A stretch of 55,973 nucleotides of DNA from the NCBI GenBank assembly GCA_016182185.1, contig JACOXU010000003.1:1-55973 (forward strand). Direction: 5' to 3'. This DNA is from Candidatus Levyibacteriota bacterium (lineage in GTDB: Bacteria > Patescibacteriota > Microgenomatia > Levybacterales > UBA12049). The number at the start of each line of letters is the position of its first letter. Within the stretch, counting starts at the first letter, position 1. Of the stretch, positions 41,179-51,400 are shown piece by piece. The notes under the pieces were generated by a model that searched no databases, was not told the DNA's origin, and worked only from the letters and a program-made list of their open reading frames with translations. The position numbers were made by a program, and so were the translations under genes.

Positions 41179-42054
41179 ATGGATTATCTTAAATCTCAAA
41201 TTGAAGAACTTAATAAAAAAATAGAAGAAACCAAAATTCTTCTTGATGATCCTTCTATGGCTGATTTGGCTGAAAAAGAAATAAAAGAACTCGAAGATCA
41301 AAAAATCACACTTCAAAAAAATTTCGAACCCCGAGCAACAAATATTGAGGACTCAATCGATCAAAGAAATGTAATTTTGGAGATAAAAGGCGCAGCAGGC
41401 GGAGATGAAGCCAAAATCTGGGCAGAGGAACTAATGAGAATGTATTCAAGATTTGCTCAAAAAATAGGATTTAATGTTGAGCAGGAAGACGAGAATATCC
41501 TAAAAATTTCAGGAAAAAATGTTTTCGGAATGCTTAAGTTTGAAGCAGGTGTTCATAGAGTCCAGAGAATTCCTGAAACAGAAAAACGAGGAAGAGTTCA
41601 CACCTCAACCGCAATCGTTTCTGTGCTTCCTGAGCTTGATGACATTGATCTTCATATAAATCCTGAAGATGTGGAATTTGAAGCCTTCAGAAGCGGAGGT
41701 CATGGGGGTCAAAATGTCAATAAAGTTTCAACTGCAGTAAGACTTAAGCACAAACCAACCGGAATAGTAGTTACTTGCCAAACAGAGCGTCATCAAGCAC
41801 AAAACAGAGAAAATGCCCTCAAAATGCTTCGTGCAAAACTTTGGGAAATTGAGCTTGAAAAAAGATCAGAAATGGTTTCGGAGCTTAAATCAACTCAGGT
41901 CGGAAAAGGTATGCGGGCTGAGAAAATAAGAACATACAATTTCCCTCAAGACAGACTTACAGACCATCGTATTGGAAAATCATGGCATAATCTTGAAAAA
42001 ATAATGGATGGTGAACTTGAAGAGGTAATTAGTCTTACTCAAACACAAATTTAA
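41179..42054 (+). CDS. prfA: Peptide chain release factor 1 (N-terminally short)
   Basis: PET (PxT) motif, [13 protein letters not shown]. Confidence 0.93.
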   Translation: MDYLKSQIEELNKKIEETKILLDDPSMADLAEKEIKELEDQKITLQKNFEPRATNIEDSIDQRNVILEIKGAAGGDEAKIWAEELMRMYSRFAQKIGFNVEQEDENILKISGKNVFGMLKFEAGVHRVQRIPETEKRGRVHTSTAIVSVLPELDDIDLHINPEDVEFEAFRSGGHGGQNVNKVSTAVRLKHKPTGIVVTCQTERHQAQNRENALKMLRAKLWEIELEKRSEMVSELKSTQVGKGMRAEKIRTYNFPQDRLTDHRIGKSWHNLEKIMDGELEEVISLTQTQI

Positions 42055-42063
42055 AATTTAAAA

Positions 42064-43761
42064 TTATTTAATATACTCCAAGTCCTTCCTCTTAAGATTT
42101 TCGATCCCATCCAGATGATTTTCCGAAATGAGCTTTGCAATTTGCCTGCCGCCGGCCAAGTGAGGCAAAATTACATAATCGGCTCCGGCTTTATATAAAT
42201 TCTTTGCCTCTGTTGTGTCAAACGCCATCACGACTACCTTGGCTCGCCTATTCTCGTGTTTTAATTCTTTGAGAAGTAAAAGATTGTCTTCAAGATCCGG
42301 ATTCGTCGAAATTACTAATTTTGCACTGTCAAGTTTGGCTCGTTCCTGAATATCAAGATCAGATATATCTCCGTAAAGCCTGTGCACCTTTTTAATCTCA
42401 AGATTTTTAAGAATTTCCGGATCGAAGTCTACAACTACCACTTCTACTTCAATATCTTCCAATGCATTAAGGATACTCTGCCCCATCTGATCCCCGCCTA
42501 TCAAAACCACATGATTCTTAAGCTCCGAAAGTCCGTCGGGTGACTCGATTTCATCTTCTCTTTTGATAGGAACAAGCTCCAGAAACGAAAGATATCGATG
42601 TATAGCCTTATAGAGATCTTTATTTCCTGAAAGTAAATAAGTCGACAGGGTAAAAGTGATGATCGCAGAGAAAGTTACAATCGAAATTACTTCGTTTGAG
42701 ACATGCCCTAATCTTTGACCTAAAAAAACCGTGATAAGCGAGAATTCTGAGATTTGAGCAAGGCTTACGCCTGTCAAGAATGATGTTCTCTTCTTGTACC
42801 CCATCACTCCCATAATAATCATGACGATAAATGGTTTAATGACGAGTGCCAGAAATGAAAGCGTCAGGGCAGGTATAAAAATTTTGAGAAATCCTCCAAG
42901 CGAAGTAACAAAAACCATCTGAGCGCCCAAAAGGACGAAAAACAAGACTATAAAAAAATCCTGCAAAATTTTGGCGCGGGCTATAATTTGATAATTTACA
43001 ATTGAGTTTGCCAAAGCAATACCTGCCAGAAACCCTCCTATTTCAACCGAAAATCCGGTCGAACTTACCAAAGCTGATAAGCCGAAAACCCAAGCTATAC
43101 TTGCGAGAAAAAGCGTTTCGGTAGATCGGGCAAGTTTTTCGGTAACTTTAGGAAATACATATTTCTGCAAAAGAAAAACAGCTGCGAAAAGCAAGAATCC
43201 CTTCAGGAGTATTTGCGAGAAGACAAAAATTGGTTTTGCTGACAGAAACTGCGGATTAAAAGCCGACAAAAAAACAAGAATTCCGATTGCCAATAAATCC
43301 TGAATCAGAAGTATACCTACTGCTATTTTTCCGTAAAGACTGTGGAATTCTTTTCTTTCAGAGATCATCTTAACAACTATAACCGTGCTTGAAAACATGA
43401 GTGCTATTCCGATATAAATTGCACTTGTTACCGAAAAACCGAAAAGAAGAGAGGCTATGTATCCAGCAAGAAAAGAAAAAAGCATTTGGACTGAGGCGAC
43501 TACGAATACTACTTTACTTATCGAGGCGAAATTTTTTATTTTTATCTCAAGACCAAGGGTAAAAAGCAGAAAAGTAATCCCCAGCTGAGCCAAGGTATTT
43601 AGTAAATCATGATTTGAAACATCAAAGAAACCTAAAAACCCGATCAGGATTCCGGTAAGGATGTATGCAAGAATCGCGGGCTGCTTAAGAATTCGGAAAA
43701 GATAGCTCAAAATTGCCGCAAGGCAAACAATAACAGTAATTTCTATAAAGGCAGGTCCCAC
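42064..43761 (-). CDS. CPA2/Kef-type cation:proton antiporter with TrkA-N domain
   Basis: FLLFTLGLE, SSTVIV, QDL, QISEF, HVVLIGGDQMG, GADYV; start uncertain. Confidence 0.9.
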   Translation of the reverse strand: MGPAFIEITVIVCLAAILSYLFRILKQPAILAYILTGILIGFLGFFDVSNHDLLNTLAQLGITFLLFTLGLEIKIKNFASISKVVFVVASVQMLFSFLAGYIASLLFGFSVTSAIYIGIALMFSSTVIVVKMISERKEFHSLYGKIAVGILLIQDLLAIGILVFLSAFNPQFLSAKPIFVFSQILLKGFLLFAAVFLLQKYVFPKVTEKLARSTETLFLASIAWVFGLSALVSSTGFSVEIGGFLAGIALANSIVNYQIIARAKILQDFFIVLFFVLLGAQMVFVTSLGGFLKIFIPALTLSFLALVIKPFIVMIIMGVMGYKKRTSFLTGVSLAQISEFSLITVFLGQRLGHVSNEVISIVTFSAIITFTLSTYLLSGNKDLYKAIHRYLSFLELVPIKREDEIESPDGLSELKNHVVLIGGDQMGQSILNALEDIEVEVVVVDFDPEILKNLEIKKVHRLYGDISDLDIQERAKLDSAKLVISTNPDLEDNLLLLKELKHENRRAKVVVMAFDTTEAKNLYKAGADYVILPHLAGGRQIAKLISENHLDGIENLKRKDLEYIK

Positions 43762-43851
43762 AATTTTATGATAGCAGATAAAATTTATTCTTGACAATAG
43801 AAATTTTTACTTCAAACTAAATCTGTGATATTATTCTCAGGTTAAAATAAT

Positions 43852-44217
43852 ATGACAGAAATATTATCTCGCCTCAGATTCCAACATGAAGCCGATAATA
43901 CCTTAAAACAAATAAGAGAAAATTTACGACATATAATGTCTCGGTTTTATGAATCAGAAATTAAGATGTTTCGTAAAAAAGACAAAAGAGGAATTATAAT
44001 AGATTACGGATCTCCTACAAAGCCTGCAATTTTGCTCCCATCTGATGGAAATCTGCGTCTTATTCAGTATGGTTGGACACCTGAACCTGAAAAAAATGGT
44101 GAGCTATCAGATTCAGACTTTTGTATTTTGGCAATAGAGTTATTAAAAAATCCTCCAAAATACCCACAGGCGCTACTAAAATCAAGATTTATAAAATCAC
44201 ACGCATGGCCCACTTGA
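43852..44217 (+). CDS. Hypothetical protein
   Basis: 121-aa ORF. Confidence 0.6.
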   Translation: MTEILSRLRFQHEADNTLKQIRENLRHIMSRFYESEIKMFRKKDKRGIIIDYGSPTKPAILLPSDGNLRLIQYGWTPEPEKNGELSDSDFCILAIELLKNPPKYPQALLKSRFIKSHAWPT

Positions 44218-44248
44218 CAATAACATTTATCCCTTCTACCATAGAAAT

Positions 44249-44953
44249 ATGGCCGATGAAACCGCACAAGAACCCGTACAACAACCCTCTCAGCCTGAAC
44301 AACCGGTTAATCAGGGAAAACCTGAGGGATTAAAAGGTCTTGCGCTTCTTGAAGTGGGACTCTTTGAGCTTCTTTTTATAGTTGGCGGCCTTCTTATTAT
44401 CTTTGGACTACTTAACTATTATAATGTCCTTCCTATCTCCCGATCTATTCCCTTTCTTTCTTTCCTACCGCAAAAGCAAAAAATTATCGAAAATAAAACT
44501 CAGGAAAAAACTGTCGTGATAAGCGAGGTAGAGCTTTATAAAAAAATTAAAAATGAGCTTCCCTTTTCGGGCTGTCCCATCGGACCTGATCTTTGCAAAA
44601 ATGCTGAAATAATTCAAGAAGAATCAAGCCAATCTGCCCAATGGATTTTACGCTTCTCAAATATTCCGCAGGATTCAGAAATACTGGCGGCTCTTGATGG
44701 AACTTTGGAAATCGATAATTCAACCATAATTCTCACCAATAAAGGCCGCTTGCTCAAAGCATATTATGAATTTGAAAAGGATTCTTTTGAAAGTCAAGCC
44801 AGTTCCTCTGCCATAGTCAAACAAGGAGAGGTTTTGGGTAAAATTACCAGTGCTTCTGATTTTGACTTTTATCTCAAAAATACAACTAGTAATAGTTATG
44901 TCCAAGTCAAACCCTCACCAGACGGAAGAAGCCTACTCTACGCCGGGCTCTAA
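44249..44953 (+). CDS. Membrane-anchored protein with degenerate M23/duplicated-hybrid-like domain
   Basis: TM; ILAALDG...VKQGEVLG; Cys pair. Confidence 0.65.
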   Translation: MADETAQEPVQQPSQPEQPVNQGKPEGLKGLALLEVGLFELLFIVGGLLIIFGLLNYYNVLPISRSIPFLSFLPQKQKIIENKTQEKTVVISEVELYKKIKNELPFSGCPIGPDLCKNAEIIQEESSQSAQWILRFSNIPQDSEILAALDGTLEIDNSTIILTNKGRLLKAYYEFEKDSFESQASSSAIVKQGEVLGKITSASDFDFYLKNTTSNSYVQVKPSPDGRSLLYAGL

Positions 44954-45008
44954 AAATAGCCTCAAAACTTGACAAGAAAATCCCAAAGTAATATAATCCT
45001 ATAGTTAT

Positions 45009-45704
45009 ATGATCACAACTGAAACCAGCAGAAAAATCTCAAGAAGAGACCTTTTGTCTATGGTGATAAAGAGTGTAACTCTTCTTGGATTAGCGAAGAT
45101 AAGTGTTGCCTGTGGCAAAGACAATACTCCATCGGGTGCAACTCAAGAAACCCCCAGTGCATCATCTCAAATACCATCAGAATCCCCTACTGCAAAAGCA
45201 ACTGAAGCTCCAACACTTGAGCCAACCCAAGCTTCAACACGAACAGAAATCCAGCCCACTCCTCCCTGTCAGATTTTGGAAGATAAATACTGCAGTTCCG
45301 CAAGATTAACCGAGTGGAAAAATAGCGTTGGTCAAATATTTAAGGTTGTCTCTCTTGATCTTCCGGAGGGAGTTTCTATCATAACTCCATTTGATGGAAC
45401 ATTTACGTACTCTGATGGTCCCGGGAATCTTGTTGATCCCAATGCTCCTGCTGCTGTAGTTTATAAACCTGTGAGTGAAAGTGATCAGAGTAATCTAACC
45501 TTCATGGTTACAGGAGATATAGAATTTGACAGAAGTCAGATTGAAATTAAAAAAGGTGATGTCATTGCAAGAACCGGAAATACCGGACTTAAGGTGCTTG
45601 ATGGAACAATAGCGATCGTGATTACATCGCTTGATCCTGAAAAAAAGACATTCGGCACAGATGAGGCGCTTCTTGAGAATTTATTTCCGAACCTAGTAAA
45701 ATAA
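45009..45704 (+). CDS. Putative lipoprotein with degenerate M23-like domain
   Basis: SRRDLL, SVAC lipobox-like, PT linker, TPFDG...IKKGDVIARTGNTG. Confidence 0.7.
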   Translation: MITTETSRKISRRDLLSMVIKSVTLLGLAKISVACGKDNTPSGATQETPSASSQIPSESPTAKATEAPTLEPTQASTRTEIQPTPPCQILEDKYCSSARLTEWKNSVGQIFKVVSLDLPEGVSIITPFDGTFTYSDGPGNLVDPNAPAAVVYKPVSESDQSNLTFMVTGDIEFDRSQIEIKKGDVIARTGNTGLKVLDGTIAIVITSLDPEKKTFGTDEALLENLFPNLVK

Positions 45705-45711
45705 TAAATAT

Positions 45712-46728
45712 ATGATCGATAAAGAACTGTCCGAAAAAAGAAGCCGAAATCCTTTGAAGCGTTTAGCTAAGTTAGCCGTACCTGTTATAGCAGCAGGAAT
45801 GGCCCTATCAGACAATAATACTGCAAAAGTTAATGAAGCAGCCACTTCTTTCCCATCAGATACTCCGGCTCAATTGGCAAATCTTGATCCGTCGTTGACA
45901 GAAGAGCAGAATCAAGTTGTACCTATCGACAGTCAAGAACTTGCCTCGTTTAAACAATCGATATCAGAAAGGTTAGGAGTAGAAATACAGACATTTGATG
46001 AGATTTCCCAACACCCGCAGGTTAAATTATTCTACGGATTTCAAAATATTATACCTGTAAATCAGGAATGGAACGAAGATAATTTAAGACTTCTGGAAAA
46101 TGTGTTCGGTTATATCCCTGAAGATTTCTACGAAGTAAGAGATGGAGAAAAAGTTCACGTGATACTTGGTCCTTCATCTCATTGCGGGTACGACATAAAA
46201 GGTTTTACCCCAAAGTATCCTTATGAAGTAATGCTTTCATATCAGTTATTTATGCCTGAAAGACCTCTGACCGCCGCGCTTGTAGCAACTCATGAGTTCG
46301 GACATCTTAAGACCACTGAATCATGCAATTCGCCTCTTGGTCCCAACTACATAGACCAGATCGAAGAAATTCTAGGAGAAGACTTTGCAAAAACCCAGGA
46401 AGAATTACCTGAACAGATTGACAGAAGAGCAAGTGAACTTGAAGTAAAAGTAAGAAAAGGTGGGCTTTTCACCTCTGTCGATTCGCTAACGCCTGAGAAG
46501 GAAGAATCTTTTCGATTAACAAGGCTAAATTACGCAGCGAAAAACTCTAAAGAATTTATAGCAGTGGGTTTTGAATCTTATTTTATGGGAAGAAATTATT
46601 TTGAGAGAATGTATGAGCCCTTCTTTGGAAAATCTAAAACCGGAGAATTATATGATATGATAAAAAACATATATCAAGGAAAAGAATTCCCCGATTATCA
46701 TATTACAGAGAAGGAACTCCAAAAGTAA
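45712..46728 (+). CDS. Secreted putative zincin metallopeptidase
   Basis: Hydrophobic N-terminus; THEFGH (HExxH); YAAKNSKEFIA downstream Glu motif. Confidence 0.7.
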   Translation: MIDKELSEKRSRNPLKRLAKLAVPVIAAGMALSDNNTAKVNEAATSFPSDTPAQLANLDPSLTEEQNQVVPIDSQELASFKQSISERLGVEIQTFDEISQHPQVKLFYGFQNIIPVNQEWNEDNLRLLENVFGYIPEDFYEVRDGEKVHVILGPSSHCGYDIKGFTPKYPYEVMLSYQLFMPERPLTAALVATHEFGHLKTTESCNSPLGPNYIDQIEEILGEDFAKTQEELPEQIDRRASELEVKVRKGGLFTSVDSLTPEKEESFRLTRLNYAAKNSKEFIAVGFESYFMGRNYFERMYEPFFGKSKTGELYDMIKNIYQGKEFPDYHITEKELQK

Positions 46729-46757
46729 TTTCAAAATTTAATAACGTAAAAGAATAT

Positions 46758-47810
46758 ATGTCACCAGCAGAAAAGGGTCATTTCCCGCAAAAGAAAAAGG
46801 GTCCAGGAATAGTCCTCAAGACTACAGCAGCTATTGCAGGAGGTGCGGCTGTTGTAGGAGGAGCAGTTGGAGGAATGGATGCTTTAAATGTCGGACCTTT
46901 TGCAGGAAGTTCACCTGATCAAGGAACTCATGACGCGCTTCCGGACGGAATGCCTTCTACCACTGCCACTGCTACTCAAATTACAGAATCCCCCACTCCA
47001 ATTACAACTGCGGAACCTACGCCAAGTCTTGGATATCACGAAGGAACTGATGGAATTTCTTTTACAACGGAAAAAGGCGAGGTGCTGAATGTTCCCCAAA
47101 TTGATGGACTTAAAGCATCTCTTCAAACCGCAGAAGACGGACAGCAAAAAGTTATTTACACAGCCCTTGAACAAAATCCTTATGGAATGTCGCCTGAAGA
47201 ATACGCCGGAGAATATAAGCCAAATGTGGATTACAATCTTAAGCAAACAGGAGCAGTTGTCTTACGCTCTCCTGTAACATCAAAGCTTATTGAAAATAAA
47301 TTAAATATCTCAGAAGAAAAATGGGCAGTAGCTCTTCCTCTTGATATTAGAAACTATGACAGAACTGATTATAATATAGCGGTAGTCTTTTCAAAGGGAT
47401 ACGGAGACTACGAATTTCCAATGGTAAAGATTGTATTTGGCGGTGAACTTTCTCTGACAAATATTATTCCAGGTTCTCAAACAGTAAAGGTGCTGGCAAA
47501 TGGCTACTATAAATGGCTTTATTACATAGGCGGAGGCGTACGTACAAAGCCTATTGTGCCCGGAAACGAAATGGATTATATTACTGTCACAGGTCCTCTA
47601 ATTGGTTTTACAGATAATGGGCGAGAAATAAATGCAGCTTTTGGTGATGTAATCGCAAATACAAACAGCCCAATTAACGTAACAGTACAGGGTATTGATT
47701 CTGATAATAACGGTTTTAAAGCTTTTAGTATTGATCAAACCAAAATTTTGTCAGTTGAAAGTAATGCTGGCGAACAAGTACCGGTTTTCCTAGCTTCAAA
47801 TACCCCCTAA
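46758..47810 (+). CDS. Hypothetical secreted/anchored protein
   Basis: Gly/Ala-rich hydrophobic N-terminal segment, Thr/Pro linker. Confidence 0.75.
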   Translation: MSPAEKGHFPQKKKGPGIVLKTTAAIAGGAAVVGGAVGGMDALNVGPFAGSSPDQGTHDALPDGMPSTTATATQITESPTPITTAEPTPSLGYHEGTDGISFTTEKGEVLNVPQIDGLKASLQTAEDGQQKVIYTALEQNPYGMSPEEYAGEYKPNVDYNLKQTGAVVLRSPVTSKLIENKLNISEEKWAVALPLDIRNYDRTDYNIAVVFSKGYGDYEFPMVKIVFGGELSLTNIIPGSQTVKVLANGYYKWLYYIGGGVRTKPIVPGNEMDYITVTGPLIGFTDNGREINAAFGDVIANTNSPINVTVQGIDSDNNGFKAFSIDQTKILSVESNAGEQVPVFLASNTP

Positions 47811-47872
47811 TTTTCCAAAAATTCAGAATATACCTCTTGACACATTAATACTGCATCAATTACTCTTAAATT

Positions 47873-48481
47873 ATGCTTTCTGGTTTGCTGAGAAAACCAA
47901 TTTTTTGGATTGGACTTATCATCATATTTATAATAGTACTCATAGTTCTTCTCTTTGAAACAAAATCTACTGTAGTTACCTCGGACAACCAACAAGCTAC
48001 GCGAGATAAATCTCCCCAAAGCATTTCTCAGAAACAGAAATTAAAACCTGGAACTTGTCTTATTCTTGAACAGAAATATTGTGATTTAGGAAAAGCTTCT
48101 GAATGGAAGAATCCCGCCGGACAAGTATTTAAAATTGTATCCTTTAATCTCCCCGAAGGGGTTTCTATTATGGCTCCATTTGATGGAACATTTACGTACT
48201 CTGATGGACCCGGAAATCTTATAGATCCTAATGCTCCTGCTGCTGTAGTTTATAAGCCGGTGACTAAGACTGATCAAACTAATTTAACTTTCATGGTCAC
48301 AGGGGATATAGAATTTGACAAAGAACAAACAATTATCAAGAAAGGTGACCAAATTGCCAGAGCTGGAAATACCGGATTTAAAGTTTTGGGGGGAACGGTA
48401 GCAGCGTTGGTGACGAAAATTGAAAATTCAAAAACTATAAACGATGAAAATTTATTTAACATAATTTTGAATAAGAAATAA
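47873..48481 (+). CDS. Membrane-anchored paralogue of 45009-45704
   Basis: Near-identical C-terminal domain; 34-nt identical run 48174-48207 = 45385-45418. Confidence 0.75.
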   Translation: MLSGLLRKPIFWIGLIIIFIIVLIVLLFETKSTVVTSDNQQATRDKSPQSISQKQKLKPGTCLILEQKYCDLGKASEWKNPAGQVFKIVSFNLPEGVSIMAPFDGTFTYSDGPGNLIDPNAPAAVVYKPVTKTDQTNLTFMVTGDIEFDKEQTIIKKGDQIARAGNTGFKVLGGTVAALVTKIENSKTINDENLFNIILNKK

Positions 48482-48485
48482 TCCG

Positions 48486-51400
48486 ATGAATAAAATCAAA
48501 AACCTCTTCTTGAGTATTCTTGGCATAATATTCCTGTTTTCTTTGTTTTCTTTATCCGTTTCAATTTCTCAGAAAGCATCAGCCCAAACAACTGTTTATA
48601 TCGAAGGGTCTATTCCGTCTGGCTGGGCTCCATGTAATTCAAGTTCATGTCCGGCTAATCCCTTTCCTGGAGGAACCTGTGCCAACGGAAGCGGTGTCGG
48701 AGTCCCAGTTGGTGCCTGTGGTTGGCCTGCATGTGAAGGAGGGTCTGCCTGGCAAAGATACCAATTGGCAAGTTCTTCCACCTGTTACGCAAACGGTCCA
48801 TTATGTTATTGGGTATTCCAACTATCGAGCAACGTCTGCAGTCTTGGTGATAAATGTACTGCAGCACAGCCCTATCTTAATTATGGATATCCCAATTGCG
48901 AGACTGGCGCATGTCAGGTAGGTGGAATATATAAAACCTGTTGCTCTGGATCAAATATTGATGGAGCATGCGTACAAAGCAATATTGATAATATTTCTCC
49001 GCCTGAAGGATCTTGTCCCTCGGGCACATCTACTGTAATGTGTCTTGACAGCGCCAACACAGGAAGCACCTGTGAGGCTCTTTTCGGATGCAACAACTGT
49101 AATGTAGGAGGTGGGGTATATTGCACTAACTCTGCTTGCGGGGCGAGTGCGTGTCAGGCTATATTTCCCCAAGCGACTCCTGTCCCCACCACTTCTCCCA
49201 CCGGAGCTATTCAGGGATATCATGTAGAAATGCCGGCTCTTAATGCTTATCCAATGGGAGCAAAGACCGCTTTATTGGACGGCGGAAATCAGACTACAGA
49301 TAACCCCTACGGAACAGGTTCTCAATTTGCCTCCCCTGCCTGGAATAACATCTCTGCAGGAAATCACACAGTCTCGATCAACAGTGTCTCAACCGCCTGG
49401 GGCGCAGGCTATACGCTTTGTTATAACGTAACCAATTGCCACAACAGTTCTCCGACAGCCGGTACTTCTGTAACAGTCAATGTTCCTTCAGGCGGCTATG
49501 CGGATCTTTGGTGGCACTACTTCCCTCCTCCCACAGCTTCTATTAATATTGTCGGTTCAACAACACGGACGATCGGCGAAAATATTACTTTTAATGCTAA
49601 TGCAAATGATGGAAATAGTAACTTGCAGTCAGGTGAAATATTCTGGTCTACGAATTCATCTCCCGGAAGCTGGAACTCGCTTGGATCAAGTGCAATCTCA
49701 GGAAGCACCGCAACTTTTTCAAAGACATGGAATACATCAGGCAGATCTGCCGGAAGCTATGTGGTGGTGGTTAATGCAAGCAGCAAATATAGCGCCCACT
49801 GTACAGGAAATCCATTTCAATTAGTCAATGACGTCAGCTGCGGTCCAAACGGCGCCTCAACCAACGATACTGACGTGGTAGTTGTCAATTTGATTGATCC
49901 GGTTCCCACCTATTCAGTTTCAGGACGCGTGTACATTGATAATGGAAAGGATATAAATGGCAATAATGCCGGGACTTATGGAGATGGTTTTCAAACCTGC
50001 AGCGGTGCATGTGACAACGGAGCAGGAGATGAAAGGGGTTACACCACCGAGGTGGATATCTCAAGCGGCTTATTTGCTGATCTTAGAAATACAAACTCGG
50101 TCGGATATTATATATTCTCGTCTCTGCCTTCGGCCATATATAACATTTACCCGATTATTGGATCAGGATATTCCTGCTCGCCGGGAAATACCTGTAACCG
50201 TAACATAAACGTTACTGCAAACACCACAGTCAATTTCGGCCTCGTCCCTGCTCCGACCAATACGCCAACACCGACTCTAACCCCTACTCCCACAACAGTC
50301 CCGGGCTATACAATTTCAGGAAATGTTTTTAATGACACAAATAGGAATGGTATACAGGACTGCTCGGGCGCTTGCGATAATGGATCGGGAGATGAAACAA
50401 ACTATTCGGGCGCATCATTAACTCTGCGGACTGGTTCATGTACGGGCACATCGTTAGGATCAAGAACATCTGGCTCCACATCTCCTGGATATAGCTATAC
50501 GGGCCTAACTAATGGGACGACTTATTATGTTGTTTTGACCCGTCCTTCAGGGAAAGATATTACCACACCCAATGCCACTCTTTGTAGCGGGTCGAATTAT
50601 TATGTAACAAGAACTATAGCAGGAACAAACGTAACTTTACACTGGGGGCTTGCTAACCCGATTACTCCGACTCCAACCCTTGCTCCCACTGCGACCCCAA
50701 TCCCTGCAAGCGTATGGGGAAAATATTTTGCGGATGATGGTCCTGGTGCATGTTATGGGAATAGGGTGCAAGATTGCGGGGAGCCGCCAATAGTTAGCCA
50801 GGGGATATATGTACAAGATGGTGATTGTTGGTGGGCACCTAGTTGTAATTGGAGCTCTGTTACCGATTCATCTGGTAATTATTCGATTTCTGGACCAGCT
50901 AGCGGCCGAACGTATCGATATAATACAGGCATACCTACGGATTATTCTTCTTTGGGATATGTAAGAGATAGAATATGTAAACCATTTACCCCAGGTTGTG
51001 ATATTGCTAGCGTTCCTGAGCCTCCGTGGTGGTTTTATCTCTCTCCTCCAGTACAAATTGATGTTTTACTAGAGCCACCTCCGCATGATATTGTGGGAAA
51101 CATTTTTGTAGATTCAAATGGAAATGGCGTACAAGATTGTTCGGGAACTTGTAACGATGGCCCGGGTGATGAAGTAAAATACACTCAGGAAAGAATAATA
51201 GAACTTAGAACTGGATCCTGCACCGGTACTCTTGTAGGAGACTATACTGCAAGAGGTAGTTATAGCTTTAGAGATTTGTCTCCCCAAACCTATTATATAA
51301 TTTTCCCTCTTCCCTCAGGTTATACGCTAACAACGCCAGCTTCCGCGACTATTTGTAGCGGATCAAATTACTTTGCGGAAAGGGTTATGCCACAACTGGG

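Noticed and set aside
41083..41316. 77-aa minus-strand ORF and other short antisense ORFs in the track (e.g. 27230-27799, 19335-19820)
   Set aside because: Shadow frames of well-supported genes or translations of repeat elements
45266..48390. DGR template/variable repeat pair (given the bAvd-like gene at 53391)
   Set aside because: Mismatches are mostly synonymous third positions and not adenine-specific; both copies are coding; no RT in the window
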